Shown: in pieces, positions 46,483 through 57,219 of the stretch
How positions within the stretch are numbered: position 1 is the first letter of the stretch
Layout: each line of letters starts with the position of its first letter
Assembly (NCBI GenBank): GCA_964603985.1
Contig: CAZRXG010000001.1
Coordinates: forward strand, 170,363 to 234,362
Reading direction: 5' to 3'
From: an uncultured Anaerolineae bacterium
GTDB taxonomy: Bacteria; Chloroflexota; Anaerolineae; Aggregatilineales; UBA3940
DNA length: 64,000 bases
The notes under the pieces: generated by a model
Told to the model about the DNA's origin: nothing
What the model saw: only the letters and a program-made list of their open reading frames with translations
The model's database searches: none
Translations under genes and position numbers: made by a program

Positions 46483-47592
46483 TTGGCTGCCAAACGGACG
46501 AAACGTGTAACGCTGAAAGATGTTGCCGAGCGCGCAGGCGTCTCTGTGAAGACCGCTTCGAATGTGAAGAACGACTGGCCTTATGTCAGTGAGGAAACGC
46601 GCGCGAAAGTCAAGCGAGCAATGAAGGAGCTTGGTTACCGGCCATCTAAGGTAGCGCAAAGTCTCAAGACCGGATGCTCTGAGACGATCGGCGTTGTCGT
46701 GCCCGATATCTCTAACCCCTTCTTCAGCACGGCCTTTCGCGGTTGCGAGGACGAACTCACCCTCAACGGCTACAGCGCGTTCCTGTGTAACACGGACGAG
46801 GATCTCGGCAAGGAGAAGTATTACCTGGACATGCTCAGCGGCCAGGAGGTCGATGGGCTGCTGTTGTGGGGATCGTGCGCTGAGGCTGATATCCTGGCCG
46901 ACTACGTCCGCGACGATATCCCGGCGGTTTCAGTGGACGGTCTGGCCCAGCAGGGACTGGATCATTTCACCTTCGTTCATGTGGATAACGAAGGCGGGGC
47001 CGAGCGGATTATGCGTCACCTGATCGAGAGCGGTCGAAAGCGAATCGCCCACCTGTCGGGTGCCTCGCACCGCCTGCCCGCACAGGAGCGCGTGGCAGGC
47101 TATAAGCACGCGCTCAAAGCAGCAGATCTTCCTATAGATGAGTCGTTGATGGCCGATGGCGCGCCGTCGATAGGTGGGGGCTACAGCGCCGCCATGCAGT
47201 TGCTCACCCGTGAGGACCCTGACGCCGTTTTCTGCTATAACGACTTGATGGCGATTGGCGCGCTCGCTGCTGCCGAAGAACTGAACATCGACGTGCCACA
47301 AGATCTCGCGATTGCTGGCTTTGACGATATAGTCTCGGCGGTGCTGGTCACCCCGATGCTGACAACGATCCGCATCCCCCAATACGAGCTTGGTCAATAC
47401 GCTGTGGAGCTCCTGATGGAGCGTGTCCGGACCCCCGACCTCGAAGAGCGAAGGGTGGAGTACCCGGTAGAGCTTGTCGTTCGCAACTCCTGTGGCACCC
47501 GCGAGCTGACCGCCGAAATGCGGCGCGACCTGCTGCGCAGTCTGGTGGCGTCGGCGGTCAATTTACCCGATCCTACCCGGAAAACGTCTTGA
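46483..47592 (+). CDS. LacI family transcriptional regulator
   Basis: TLKDVAERAGVS..TAS.V, LGYRP, IGVVVPDISNPFF, GFDD, LTTI; TTG at 46483 is the inferred start. Confidence 0.93.
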   Translation: MAAKRTKRVTLKDVAERAGVSVKTASNVKNDWPYVSEETRAKVKRAMKELGYRPSKVAQSLKTGCSETIGVVVPDISNPFFSTAFRGCEDELTLNGYSAFLCNTDEDLGKEKYYLDMLSGQEVDGLLLWGSCAEADILADYVRDDIPAVSVDGLAQQGLDHFTFVHVDNEGGAERIMRHLIESGRKRIAHLSGASHRLPAQERVAGYKHALKAADLPIDESLMADGAPSIGGGYSAAMQLLTREDPDAVFCYNDLMAIGALAAAEELNIDVPQDLAIAGFDDIVSAVLVTPMLTTIRIPQYELGQYAVELLMERVRTPDLEERRVEYPVELVVRNSCGTRELTAEMRRDLLRSLVASAVNLPDPTRKTS

Positions 47593-47806
47593 ACGGGCGT
47601 GCATTCGGCGGGGGATCTCGCCACAACAGGTATTGAAGCCATCTTTACCAGTCACGGATGCTCAGGTCTTGGTGCAAAAGGAGGTGTCTATAGGGAGCGA
47701 GAAGAGGCCATAGACATTGTGCCCACGATATCAGGTGCCCGCTGCAACAAGCTGTGATTGCGGCTAGGCACCCCGGCAATCCTAAGGGAGAAGGAGAAAG
47801 GAAGAA

Positions 47807-49210
47807 ATGAAGAAGTTTTTGCTCGTCCTGATGCTTGCTCTGGCGACCAGCCTGGTCCTCAGTGCCTGCACGCCAGCCGAGACGATCGTCGAGAAGACAG
47901 TCGTCGTAACCGAAGTGATTGAAGTCGCTGGTGAGGAGGTTATCCAGGAAGTCGTCGTGACGGCCACCCCCGAGCCGGAAGAGCCTCAGATTGAGATCTT
48001 CCACTGGTGGACGGCACCGGGTGAGCGTGAGGCAGCGGATGCTATGTTTGAAGCGCTGGCTGCCAAATACCCGGAGATTGAGGTCGTCGAGAATCCCGTG
48101 GCCGGTGGTGGTGGCGTCAGCCATCGCGTCGTGCTGCAGGGTCGTATGGCTGCCGGTATCCCCCCGGACACGTTCCAGACGCTGGGTGGTGCTGAGCTGA
48201 AGGCATACGTCGATGGTGATGCCCTGGAGCCGCTGGATGATCTGTACGCGGAGCTGGGCTACGCCGATGTCATCCCTGGCCCCCTGTTGAACGCCGTTTC
48301 GATTGACGGCCACCCCTACGTGGTGCCGCTCAACATGCACATCCAGAACATCCTCTACTACGACATGGCGCTCTTCGAGGAGCTGGGGCTGGAAGCCCCG
48401 ATGAACTTCGAAGAGTTGATCGCTGCGTGCGAGGCGATCAAGGCCGCATATCCTGATATGTCCCCCATGGCCCTCGGCTCAACGGAGAACTGGGGCGCGG
48501 CCTTCGTGCTCGACAGCATCATCCTCGAAGTGGGTGGGCCCGAGTACTACGTCCAGCTCTTCAAGGGTGAGGTCGACGTGACCACCGACCCGGTCTACCG
48601 CGAGTCGCTGGAAAAGCTGGCCCAGTTGATGCAGTACATCAACCCCGGCCACTCCAGTCTGACGTGGGACCAGTCGGTCAGTGAGGTGGTCAATGGCAAC
48701 TCGGCCATGGTCATCATGGGCACCTGGGCAATTGGCGCGTTTGAGAAGGGCGGCGGCTGGAAGGCCGGTGTGGACTTCGGCGCTGTCACCTTCCCGCAGG
48801 AGCCTGAGCGCATCCTGCTCTTCCACCCGGACACCTACGGGTTGGCCAAGAACGCACCGCACCCCGAGGCCACCAAGAAGTGGCTGGAGGTCGTTGCCTC
48901 GCCTGAGCTGCAGATCCCGACCGACGTGATCCAGGGCGGTATGTTCGCTCGTATCGACATCGATCCGACCGAGTTCCCCGACCCGATCCGCCAGGAGATG
49001 CAGCAGTTCCTGCGCGACAACCCCGGCCAGCTGATTCTCGACCAGCACGGCAGCATCGCGCCTGCCAGCTTCTCGAACGAGTACTGGATCGTCATTGCGG
49101 CCTTCATGGCCGAGGACGACCCGGATATTGATGCCACGATCGATCAGGTCGCGACGCTGTTCGAGACCTACGACGTCAAAAACCAAGCCGCCTGGTACAC
49201 CTGGCCGTAG
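47807..49210 (+). CDS. sugar ABC transporter substrate-binding lipoprotein (glucose/galactose type)
   Basis: Lipobox LSAC, EVVVTATP linker, EIFHWW..GE, NPVAGGGG, AMVIMGTW. Confidence 0.9.
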   Translation: MKKFLLVLMLALATSLVLSACTPAETIVEKTVVVTEVIEVAGEEVIQEVVVTATPEPEEPQIEIFHWWTAPGEREAADAMFEALAAKYPEIEVVENPVAGGGGVSHRVVLQGRMAAGIPPDTFQTLGGAELKAYVDGDALEPLDDLYAELGYADVIPGPLLNAVSIDGHPYVVPLNMHIQNILYYDMALFEELGLEAPMNFEELIAACEAIKAAYPDMSPMALGSTENWGAAFVLDSIILEVGGPEYYVQLFKGEVDVTTDPVYRESLEKLAQLMQYINPGHSSLTWDQSVSEVVNGNSAMVIMGTWAIGAFEKGGGWKAGVDFGAVTFPQEPERILLFHPDTYGLAKNAPHPEATKKWLEVVASPELQIPTDVIQGGMFARIDIDPTEFPDPIRQEMQQFLRDNPGQLILDQHGSIAPASFSNEYWIVIAAFMAEDDPDIDATIDQVATLFETYDVKNQAAWYTWP

Positions 49211-49230
49211 GCCGGAGACTGCCCGGTGTA

Positions 49231-49256
49231 GGCGGGTGGGGTTCGCCCTACCTGCC
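49231..49256 (+). repeat. REP-like hairpin with UUCG loop, preceded by GTAG
   Basis: GGCGGGTGGGG-ttcg-CCCTACCTGCC (two G-U pairs). Confidence 0.55.
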
Positions 49257-49294
49257 GAGCTGAGACATTGAGGCATCAAAGTGTCTTAAAACAG

Positions 49295-49324
49295 GGTAGG
49301 GACGCAGGTACCTGCGTCCCTACC
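49295..49324. repeat. perfect 30-bp GTAG-family REP-like palindrome
   Basis: GGTAGGGACGCAGGTACCTGCGTCCCTACC equals its own reverse complement. Confidence 0.7.
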
Positions 49325-49428
49325 GAGCTTCAACCAGACGTGATGGCATCCGTCATCCCCAGAGTTATAATCTGTTCCGTTTATTTGTGGATAGGGTCCT
49401 AATCCAACATTTGGCAAAGGGTAATGCG

Positions 49429-50364
49429 GTGAGCATATTAAACCAAACCCGGCAGAGCCGCCCCAGGCGCGTCAGAGATGTCCGGTCACGGATGTCCCTG
49501 GGCGAGTTCCTGGTCTTCCTCTTACCCCTTCTGGTTTTTGTGATTATCCTGTATGGAATGTTGATCTGGACGATCTACGTTTCCTTTGCAGACTGGCAGG
49601 GTGTTAGACCCAATTTTGATTTGGTTGGCACCAAGTGGTACCGGATGATGTTCAGCCTGGCCCGCTTCCGGGCTGATGTGGCCAATAACCTCAAATGGCT
49701 GGTCTTTGGGGTGATTCCGACGGTCATTCTCGCCATTGGCATCGCTTACCTGCTGGAACTGGGGAACATCAAAGGAACCGAGAACTACATCCGGACGCTG
49801 ATCCTGTACCCGGTTGCTATGTCCTTTATCGTCACGGGCACGATCTGGTCATGGATGTACCAGCCTGACCGGGGGGTGTTTAACACCATCCTGAGAGGAG
49901 TCGGACTGGATAGCCTCACCGGACGCTACATCACCGATCCCAAGATGGCCACCTATTGGCTGGTTATCATCTTTGTGTGGCAGTATCTGGGTTTTGCCGT
50001 CATCATCCTGCAGTCGTCTTTCCGGACAAACGAGCTGCAGGAGATGATCGAGGCAGCGATTGTGGATGGCGCGTCACGGTTCGGGATCCTGATCCGGATC
50101 ATCGTTCCCAACATCCGGGGCGGAATCCTCATCCTGGTGTCCCTGCTGTTGATCTCGGCGCTCAAGGTTTTCGACATCGTGTACGTGGTCACCTTCGGCG
50201 GCCCGGGTTTTGCCACCGACGTGCTGGCGTTTTACATGCTTGTCGCGACCTTCCAACAGCACCTTGTCTCGTTGGGCGCTGGTCTGGGAGTAATCATCTT
50301 CGGCCTGGCTTTTATCATCGTCATCCCCTATACAATCTACGCATTTAGGAAGTGGTTCGAATGA
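49429..50364 (+). CDS. sugar ABC transporter permease (MalF/UgpA type)
   Basis: LYPVAMSFIV..IWSWMY, EAAIVDGAS, LKVFD; start uncertain (49387, 49429 or 49492). Confidence 0.9.
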   Translation: MSILNQTRQSRPRRVRDVRSRMSLGEFLVFLLPLLVFVIILYGMLIWTIYVSFADWQGVRPNFDLVGTKWYRMMFSLARFRADVANNLKWLVFGVIPTVILAIGIAYLLELGNIKGTENYIRTLILYPVAMSFIVTGTIWSWMYQPDRGVFNTILRGVGLDSLTGRYITDPKMATYWLVIIFVWQYLGFAVIILQSSFRTNELQEMIEAAIVDGASRFGILIRIIVPNIRGGILILVSLLLISALKVFDIVYVVTFGGPGFATDVLAFYMLVATFQQHLVSLGAGLGVIIFGLAFIIVIPYTIYAFRKWFE

Positions 50365-51185
50365 AGGCTCAACAGCGCACAATTACGGTCCTGGTCCTCA
50401 TCACCATGGCGGCCCTGTCCGTCGTGTATATTCTGCCTGTATACGTGGTGGTGGTGACATCGCTCAAGACCTCGGCAGAGCTTCAGGCGCGGCAGTACCT
50501 GCTGCCAAGTACAAGCCTGCAGTTTGTGAACTTCGTCCAGTCATTCAAGCTCATCTTTCCGTCGCTGCTCAACTCGACGATTATCACCTTCTCCGTCACG
50601 GCCCTGTGTGCTCTCTTAGGGGGTCTGGGTGGTTACTTCCTCAGCCGGTGGCGAACGAGATTTGCACAGATTCTCTTCATCCTGGTGGGTATAGCCATCT
50701 ATTTGCCCTATCAGGTGATCCTTATTCCACTGGTGCAGATCATGGCGCGTACAGGTCTGGCGTTAACGCACTTTGGGTTGATCGCCAGCTACCTGATCCT
50801 CAATGTGCCCCTGGCCTCGGTGCTGATGGGCACCTTTTTCATCTCGATTCCGAGGGAGTTGGAGGAAGCCGCTGAGGTCGACGGGGCATCCAGAGTGCAG
50901 GTCTTTTTTCGGGTGATCTCGCCGATCGCGCTACCCGCCTACGCCTCGACCGCCATCATCATCTTCACGCAGGTGTGGAATGAGTTTCTGTTGGCGCTGA
51001 CGCTGGCCACGCCGCACACGACGACGATCCAGGTCAAGCTGGCTGAGATCAAGGGCAGCTTCGTCGCGCTCTATCACCTGCAGATGGCCGCTGCGCTGAT
51101 CACTTTGCTCGTGCCCCTGATCTTCTTCTTGGCGCTGGGGCAGTACTTTATCAAGGGTATTCTGGCTGGCGCCCTCAAAGGCTGA
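50361..51185 (+). CDS. sugar ABC transporter permease (MalG/UgpE type)
   Basis: ATGA overlap; IPRELEEAAEVDGAS, WNEFL. Confidence 0.92.
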   Translation: MKAQQRTITVLVLITMAALSVVYILPVYVVVVTSLKTSAELQARQYLLPSTSLQFVNFVQSFKLIFPSLLNSTIITFSVTALCALLGGLGGYFLSRWRTRFAQILFILVGIAIYLPYQVILIPLVQIMARTGLALTHFGLIASYLILNVPLASVLMGTFFISIPRELEEAAEVDGASRVQVFFRVISPIALPAYASTAIIIFTQVWNEFLLALTLATPHTTTIQVKLAEIKGSFVALYHLQMAAALITLLVPLIFFLALGQYFIKGILAGALKG

Positions 51186-53252
<2,067 letters not shown>

Positions 53253-53263
<11 letters not shown>

Positions 53264-54407
53264 CACGCCATCGCTGCTTGAATCCATAAAGGCGGAATAC
53301 AGCACGCGCTTCAGCGCCGGGCCGGAGGTGATCGCCCGCGCGCCGGGGCGCGTAAACCTGATCGGCGAGCACACCGACTACAATGATGGGTTTGTCTTCC
53401 CGATGGCGATTGATCGGGCGATCTGGATGGCGATCCGCTCGCGCGGTGACCGCCGTGTCGTGCTCCACTCGCTTGACTTCGGCCAGGTGATCGACTTCTC
53501 CCTCAATAACTTCCAGAAGGGTGAGACCAGCCCCGCGGAGTACGTCAAGGGGGTTGCGTGGTCGTTGCAGGAGGCGGGCTACGCGCTGCATGGGTTCGAG
53601 GGCGTGATGCGGGGTGACGTACCAATCGGTGCCGGGTTGTCTTCGTCGGCGGCGTTGGAGGTGGTCACGGCCCGCGTTTTTGCGGCACTCTCAGGCTTCG
53701 AGTGGAATGCGCCGCGTATGGCGCGGCTGGCGCAGCGTGCCGAGAACCAGTGGGTCGGCATGAACTGCGGCATCATGGATCAGATGATCTCGGCAGCGGG
53801 AGAGGCAGGTCACGCGCTGCTGATCGACTGCCGCTCGCTCGACACGGAGGCCGCCCCCCTGCCCAGGGGTACGGCGGTGGTTGTGATGGACACTGGCGTG
53901 CGGCGCGGACTGGTCGACTCTGCTTACAACGAGCGCCGCGCGCAGTGTGAGACGGCGGCAGCATTCTTCGGCGTGCCCGCCCTCCGCGACGTGACACTTG
54001 AGACGTTTGAGGAGCGCGCGTCGGAACTGGGTGAGCCGATACGTAGGCGCGCGCGCCACGTGATTACGGAGAACCGCCGCACGTTGCAGGCCCGCGACGC
54101 AATGCTGGCCGATGACGCGCAAACGCTCGGCGAGTTGATGTGTGCAAGCCACGTCAGCCTGCGCGACGATCTGGAAGTATCATGCAACGAGCTTAACGCG
54201 ATGGTTGACCTGGCGCTTGAGCACTCGGGGTGCTATGGTGCACGCATGACGGGGGGCGGCTTTGGCGGCTGTGCCGTTGCGTTGGTCAGGGACGACGCCG
54301 TCGACGATTTCGCCGCGCAGGTTGCCCCGCGCTACCGGCGGCAGACCGGTCTCGAACCCAGGCTGTACATCTGCGAGGCGGCATCCGGCGCGTCGGTCCT
54401 ACCGTAG
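53253..54407 (+). CDS. galK: galactokinase
   Basis: APGRVNLIGEHTDYN, VPIGAGLSSSAA, CGIMDQ, GARMTGGGFGGC. Confidence 0.96.
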
Positions 54408-54445
54408 GTGCGACGTGTCGATGCCGGTTCTTACGACCTGGTATG

Positions 54446-54465
54446 AAAAAGCCCCATAATGGGGC
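54446..54465 (-). terminator. intrinsic terminator of the tRNA pair
   Basis: Minus strand GCCCCA-tta-TGGGGC followed by TTTTT. Confidence 0.75.
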
Positions 54466-54471
54466 CAAGTG

Positions 54472-54544
54472 TGGGCCCGGTAGGATTCGAACCTACGACC
54501 AACCGGTTATGAGCCGGCCGCTCTAACCGCTGAGCTACGGGCCC
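54472..54544 (-). tRNA. tRNA-Ile2 (anticodon CAT, lysidine-modified type); CCA not encoded
   Basis: GGGCCCGTAGCTCAGCGGTTAGAGCGGCCGGCTCATAACCGGTTGGTCGTAGGTTCGAATCCTACCGGGCCCA; acceptor and anticodon arms resemble Ile2 rather than Met. Confidence 0.88.
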
Positions 54545-54549
54545 TCAAG

Positions 54550-54620
54550 AGCGGGCAACGGGACTCGAACCCGTAACAACAGCTTGGAAGGCTGATGTGT
54601 TACCGTTACACCATGCCCGC
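54550..54620 (-). tRNA. tRNA-Gly (anticodon TCC); CCA not encoded
   Basis: GCGGGCATGGTGTAACGGTAACACATCAGCCTTCCAAGCTGTTGTTACGGGTTCGAGTCCCGTTGCCCGCT. Confidence 0.93.
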
Positions 54621-54639
54621 GTCTATCGGCATTGTACCC

Positions 54640-56019
54640 TTAAACGGTTCCGCTATCAACCTCCACGGCCTCTCGCCTGCCTTCGCCAAAGCCCGACGCT
54701 TCGGTTGGCAGCATAACCAGTCCCGTAATCACCTTGGGGTAAAAGTCGGTGCTTTTCTGAGGCATCACCTCGCCCCGTGCCACGCAGGCCCTGATCTGCT
54801 CCATGCGCGTAGGGCCAAGGAAGAACGCGAGGCTAGCCTCGCCCCGGCGCACGTTTTCAACCGGTCGCCGGGCATCACGATGGTAGTGGATGGCCGTTCC
54901 GTCACTCATATCTTCGCGAGACATCCCGGCGATTTGCGCCAGCAGGACTTCGTGCAGGACGTTAACCGGCAGCGCCTTCCACTCATTCGAGTATGCGCCG
55001 CCGATCAGGTCGGGGGGGGATGATTTGTTGTTGAGTGTCAGGACGTGGAACCCCACCTCCTCACCACCGTAGAAACCGAACGAATACCCGGCTGGGTCAG
55101 CGTTGACGGCGGACAGGCACGCGTCCAAGTCCGTTGCTGCTGCGGTGGTGAAGTGTGCACGGGCACGTTCCAGGATCGCTGCCGGGCTGGCGGTAACGGT
55201 GTCTCGGATTTCGCGGTGGGTGGGCAGGATGACCAGGCTGGGGTCGTCCATACTGACCAGCACTGCCAGGACGTAGTTGAACATGGCCCCGTCAGGGGCG
55301 TCCGGCTGTGCCTGGCGCCGGGCATCGCGGTAGCTCAGGCCGGTGATGTAACGGTGGTGCCCGTCGGCAATAATCAGGTTTTGCTTGGGCGCCATCTCGG
55401 CCTGAACGGCCTGGATGGTCGTTTGATCGGTGATCACCCACATCCGGTGTTGGGCCGTGCCGTTGTCCGCGATGTCGACCACCGGCGTTTGGCCGCCAAT
55501 CGTTTGGCTAAGCAGGCTGTTGATCCCGTGTTCTGCGCCGGGATATAGCAAGAAGACCGGCTCTGTGTGGACTGCAAGCGCATTTAACAGCCGCAGCCGA
55601 TCCGCCCGGGGGCCGGGGTATGTCCGCTCGTGGGGAAGGATGACTCCCTCCTGAAAGTCGGCCAGTCTAACCGCACCGATCACCCCCCACCTGGAATAGC
55701 GCTCGTCGCCAACTTGAAAGCGCTGTTCGTAGGCATATAGCGCCGGCTGGCTCTCGCGGATTAAGGCTCCCTCGTCCAGCCACCGCCGGTAGTATGCCTT
55801 TGCACGGGTATAGACATCGGGCAAGTCCTGCATTGCGGGACGGTCACCGTCGTCAGCCCGGCCTTTGACGATACGCACGATGTTGTATGGGCTTGATGCG
55901 TAGTACTCCCTCTGGAGGGCGTCATCGATCCGGTCGTAGGGCTGGCTGACCACAGCCTGCATGTTTGCGATATATTCCGGATTGTAGCGCACAGCGCGGA
56001 ACGGTTTGATAACGGCCAT
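54640..56019 (-). CDS. DUF1015 family protein (ParB/Sulfiredoxin-like fold)
   Basis: IKPFRAVRY, SQPYD.I, SPYN.VR, PHERT, IADGHHRY, PQKST.FYPK. Confidence 0.88.
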   Translation of the reverse strand: MAVIKPFRAVRYNPEYIANMQAVVSQPYDRIDDALQREYYASSPYNIVRIVKGRADDGDRPAMQDLPDVYTRAKAYYRRWLDEGALIRESQPALYAYEQRFQVGDERYSRWGVIGAVRLADFQEGVILPHERTYPGPRADRLRLLNALAVHTEPVFLLYPGAEHGINSLLSQTIGGQTPVVDIADNGTAQHRMWVITDQTTIQAVQAEMAPKQNLIIADGHHRYITGLSYRDARRQAQPDAPDGAMFNYVLAVLVSMDDPSLVILPTHREIRDTVTASPAAILERARAHFTTAAATDLDACLSAVNADPAGYSFGFYGGEEVGFHVLTLNNKSSPPDLIGGAYSNEWKALPVNVLHEVLLAQIAGMSREDMSDGTAIHYHRDARRPVENVRRGEASLAFFLGPTRMEQIRACVARGEVMPQKSTDFYPKVITGLVMLPTEASGFGEGRREAVEVDSGTV

Positions 56020-56049
56020 GTCACACCTGGGTGGCGGTCGTCTGGTAGG

Positions 56050-57219
56050 TCATGGAGTGTCGTTGTCCTCTCTTCCGGTGGGCCAGGGGCCGACTCCGCC
56101 GGGGAGGCCTGCGCTGACGGCTCTGGCCACCGCAGCCGCGCGGGCGTGAACCCCCAGAATCTTGTAAATGGCTTTGAGATGACGCTTGACGGTGTTGGTG
56201 GAGATCATCAGTGTTTCGGCAATATCCTTATTTGCCATACCTTTGGCCAGCAGCGCCAAGACCTGGCGCTGGCGCTCGGTCAACCGGTCTAACTCGCTGT
56301 CGGCCCGGTCGGCAGCCTGGAGGTTCCTGACCGTTCGCAGGAAGGCATGTCGGTCAAATGTTTGCTTCTCCAGGCAGGCGAAGATTCCATACTGGACGTA
56401 GATGCGCTCGATCTCCGGGGGTGTCGTGACGCCGCTGACCACAATGGTGGGGAGGCCGGTTGCCTGAGTGCAGGCCAGCAGCCGGTAGCCGTCCAGGTCG
56501 CGGTTTAATCCCTGATCCCCCTGTTCAGCTTCGGGTGTGCGCAAGGGAAAGGCGGGCACCTGGCCCACAAGCGAGAGATCCACGACCGCCACATCGTACC
56601 GCTCGCGTCCCAGGCAGCCCAGAGCTTCGCCCAGACCATTACACAGGTGTACCTCGTATCCCACCTCGGACAGCAGTTCGGAGAAGATGCTGCGCCAACC
56701 GGCATCATCCTCCACAACCAGGGCCACACCGGACGGCGACTTCGCGGCTGCGGTGTGTGTCCTCTCCGGTAGGCCCCCGGCTGACTCGCCGCCGTCCCGG
56801 CCCGGCTTGGCGCTCGTCCACGGCTGGGGGCTGGCCAGTGCCTGCCGCACGATCCAGCGGAAATCGGCCCGGGTGAAATTCTCCTTGCGCAGGCAGGTGA
56901 ACGCTCCCTGTTCGGTCAGTGCGCTGACGGCCAGTTCTACCGTAGCGTAACCAGTGAGCAGCAGAGAAACGCAGCCCGGATCATACAGTCTTATGGCCTC
57001 CAGCACCCGGATCCCATCCCGGTTGTGATGGTCGCTGCCGCCCAGGCACAGGTCGACCACCGCCAGCCGGTGTGGGGTGGCCCGTATGCTGGCAATTGCC
57101 GTGTCCAGATCACTGGCTACGTCCACCACCAGACCGACATCGGCCAATATCTCAGACAGGATGTGCTGCCACGATTGCTCGTCTTCGACGATCAACGCTC
57201 GGATGACAGACCGGCTCAT
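56050..57219 (-). CDS. response regulator with two receiver domains and a LuxR HTH
   Basis: REC1 LIVEDE..VVDL..LLTGY..RKE; REC2 LVVEDD..VVDL..VVSG..EKQ; LTERQ..GMANKDIA..TVKRH. Confidence 0.88.
   Translation of the reverse strand: MSRSVIRALIVEDEQSWQHILSEILADVGLVVDVASDLDTAIASIRATPHRLAVVDLCLGGSDHHNRDGIRVLEAIRLYDPGCVSLLLTGYATVELAVSALTEQGAFTCLRKENFTRADFRWIVRQALASPQPWTSAKPGRDGGESAGGLPERTHTAAAKSPSGVALVVEDDAGWRSIFSELLSEVGYEVHLCNGLGEALGCLGRERYDVAVVDLSLVGQVPAFPLRTPEAEQGDQGLNRDLDGYRLLACTQATGLPTIVVSGVTTPPEIERIYVQYGIFACLEKQTFDRHAFLRTVRNLQAADRADSELDRLTERQRQVLALLAKGMANKDIAETLMISTNTVKRHLKAIYKILGVHARAAAVARAVSAGLPGGVGPWPTGREDNDTP

Noticed and set aside
47593-47806. Riboswitch or small ORF in the SBP leader (AAGGAGGTG, GGTGCC/GGCACC stem)
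   Set aside because: No recognisable aptamer; the frame after the SD-like motif closes within about 9 codons.
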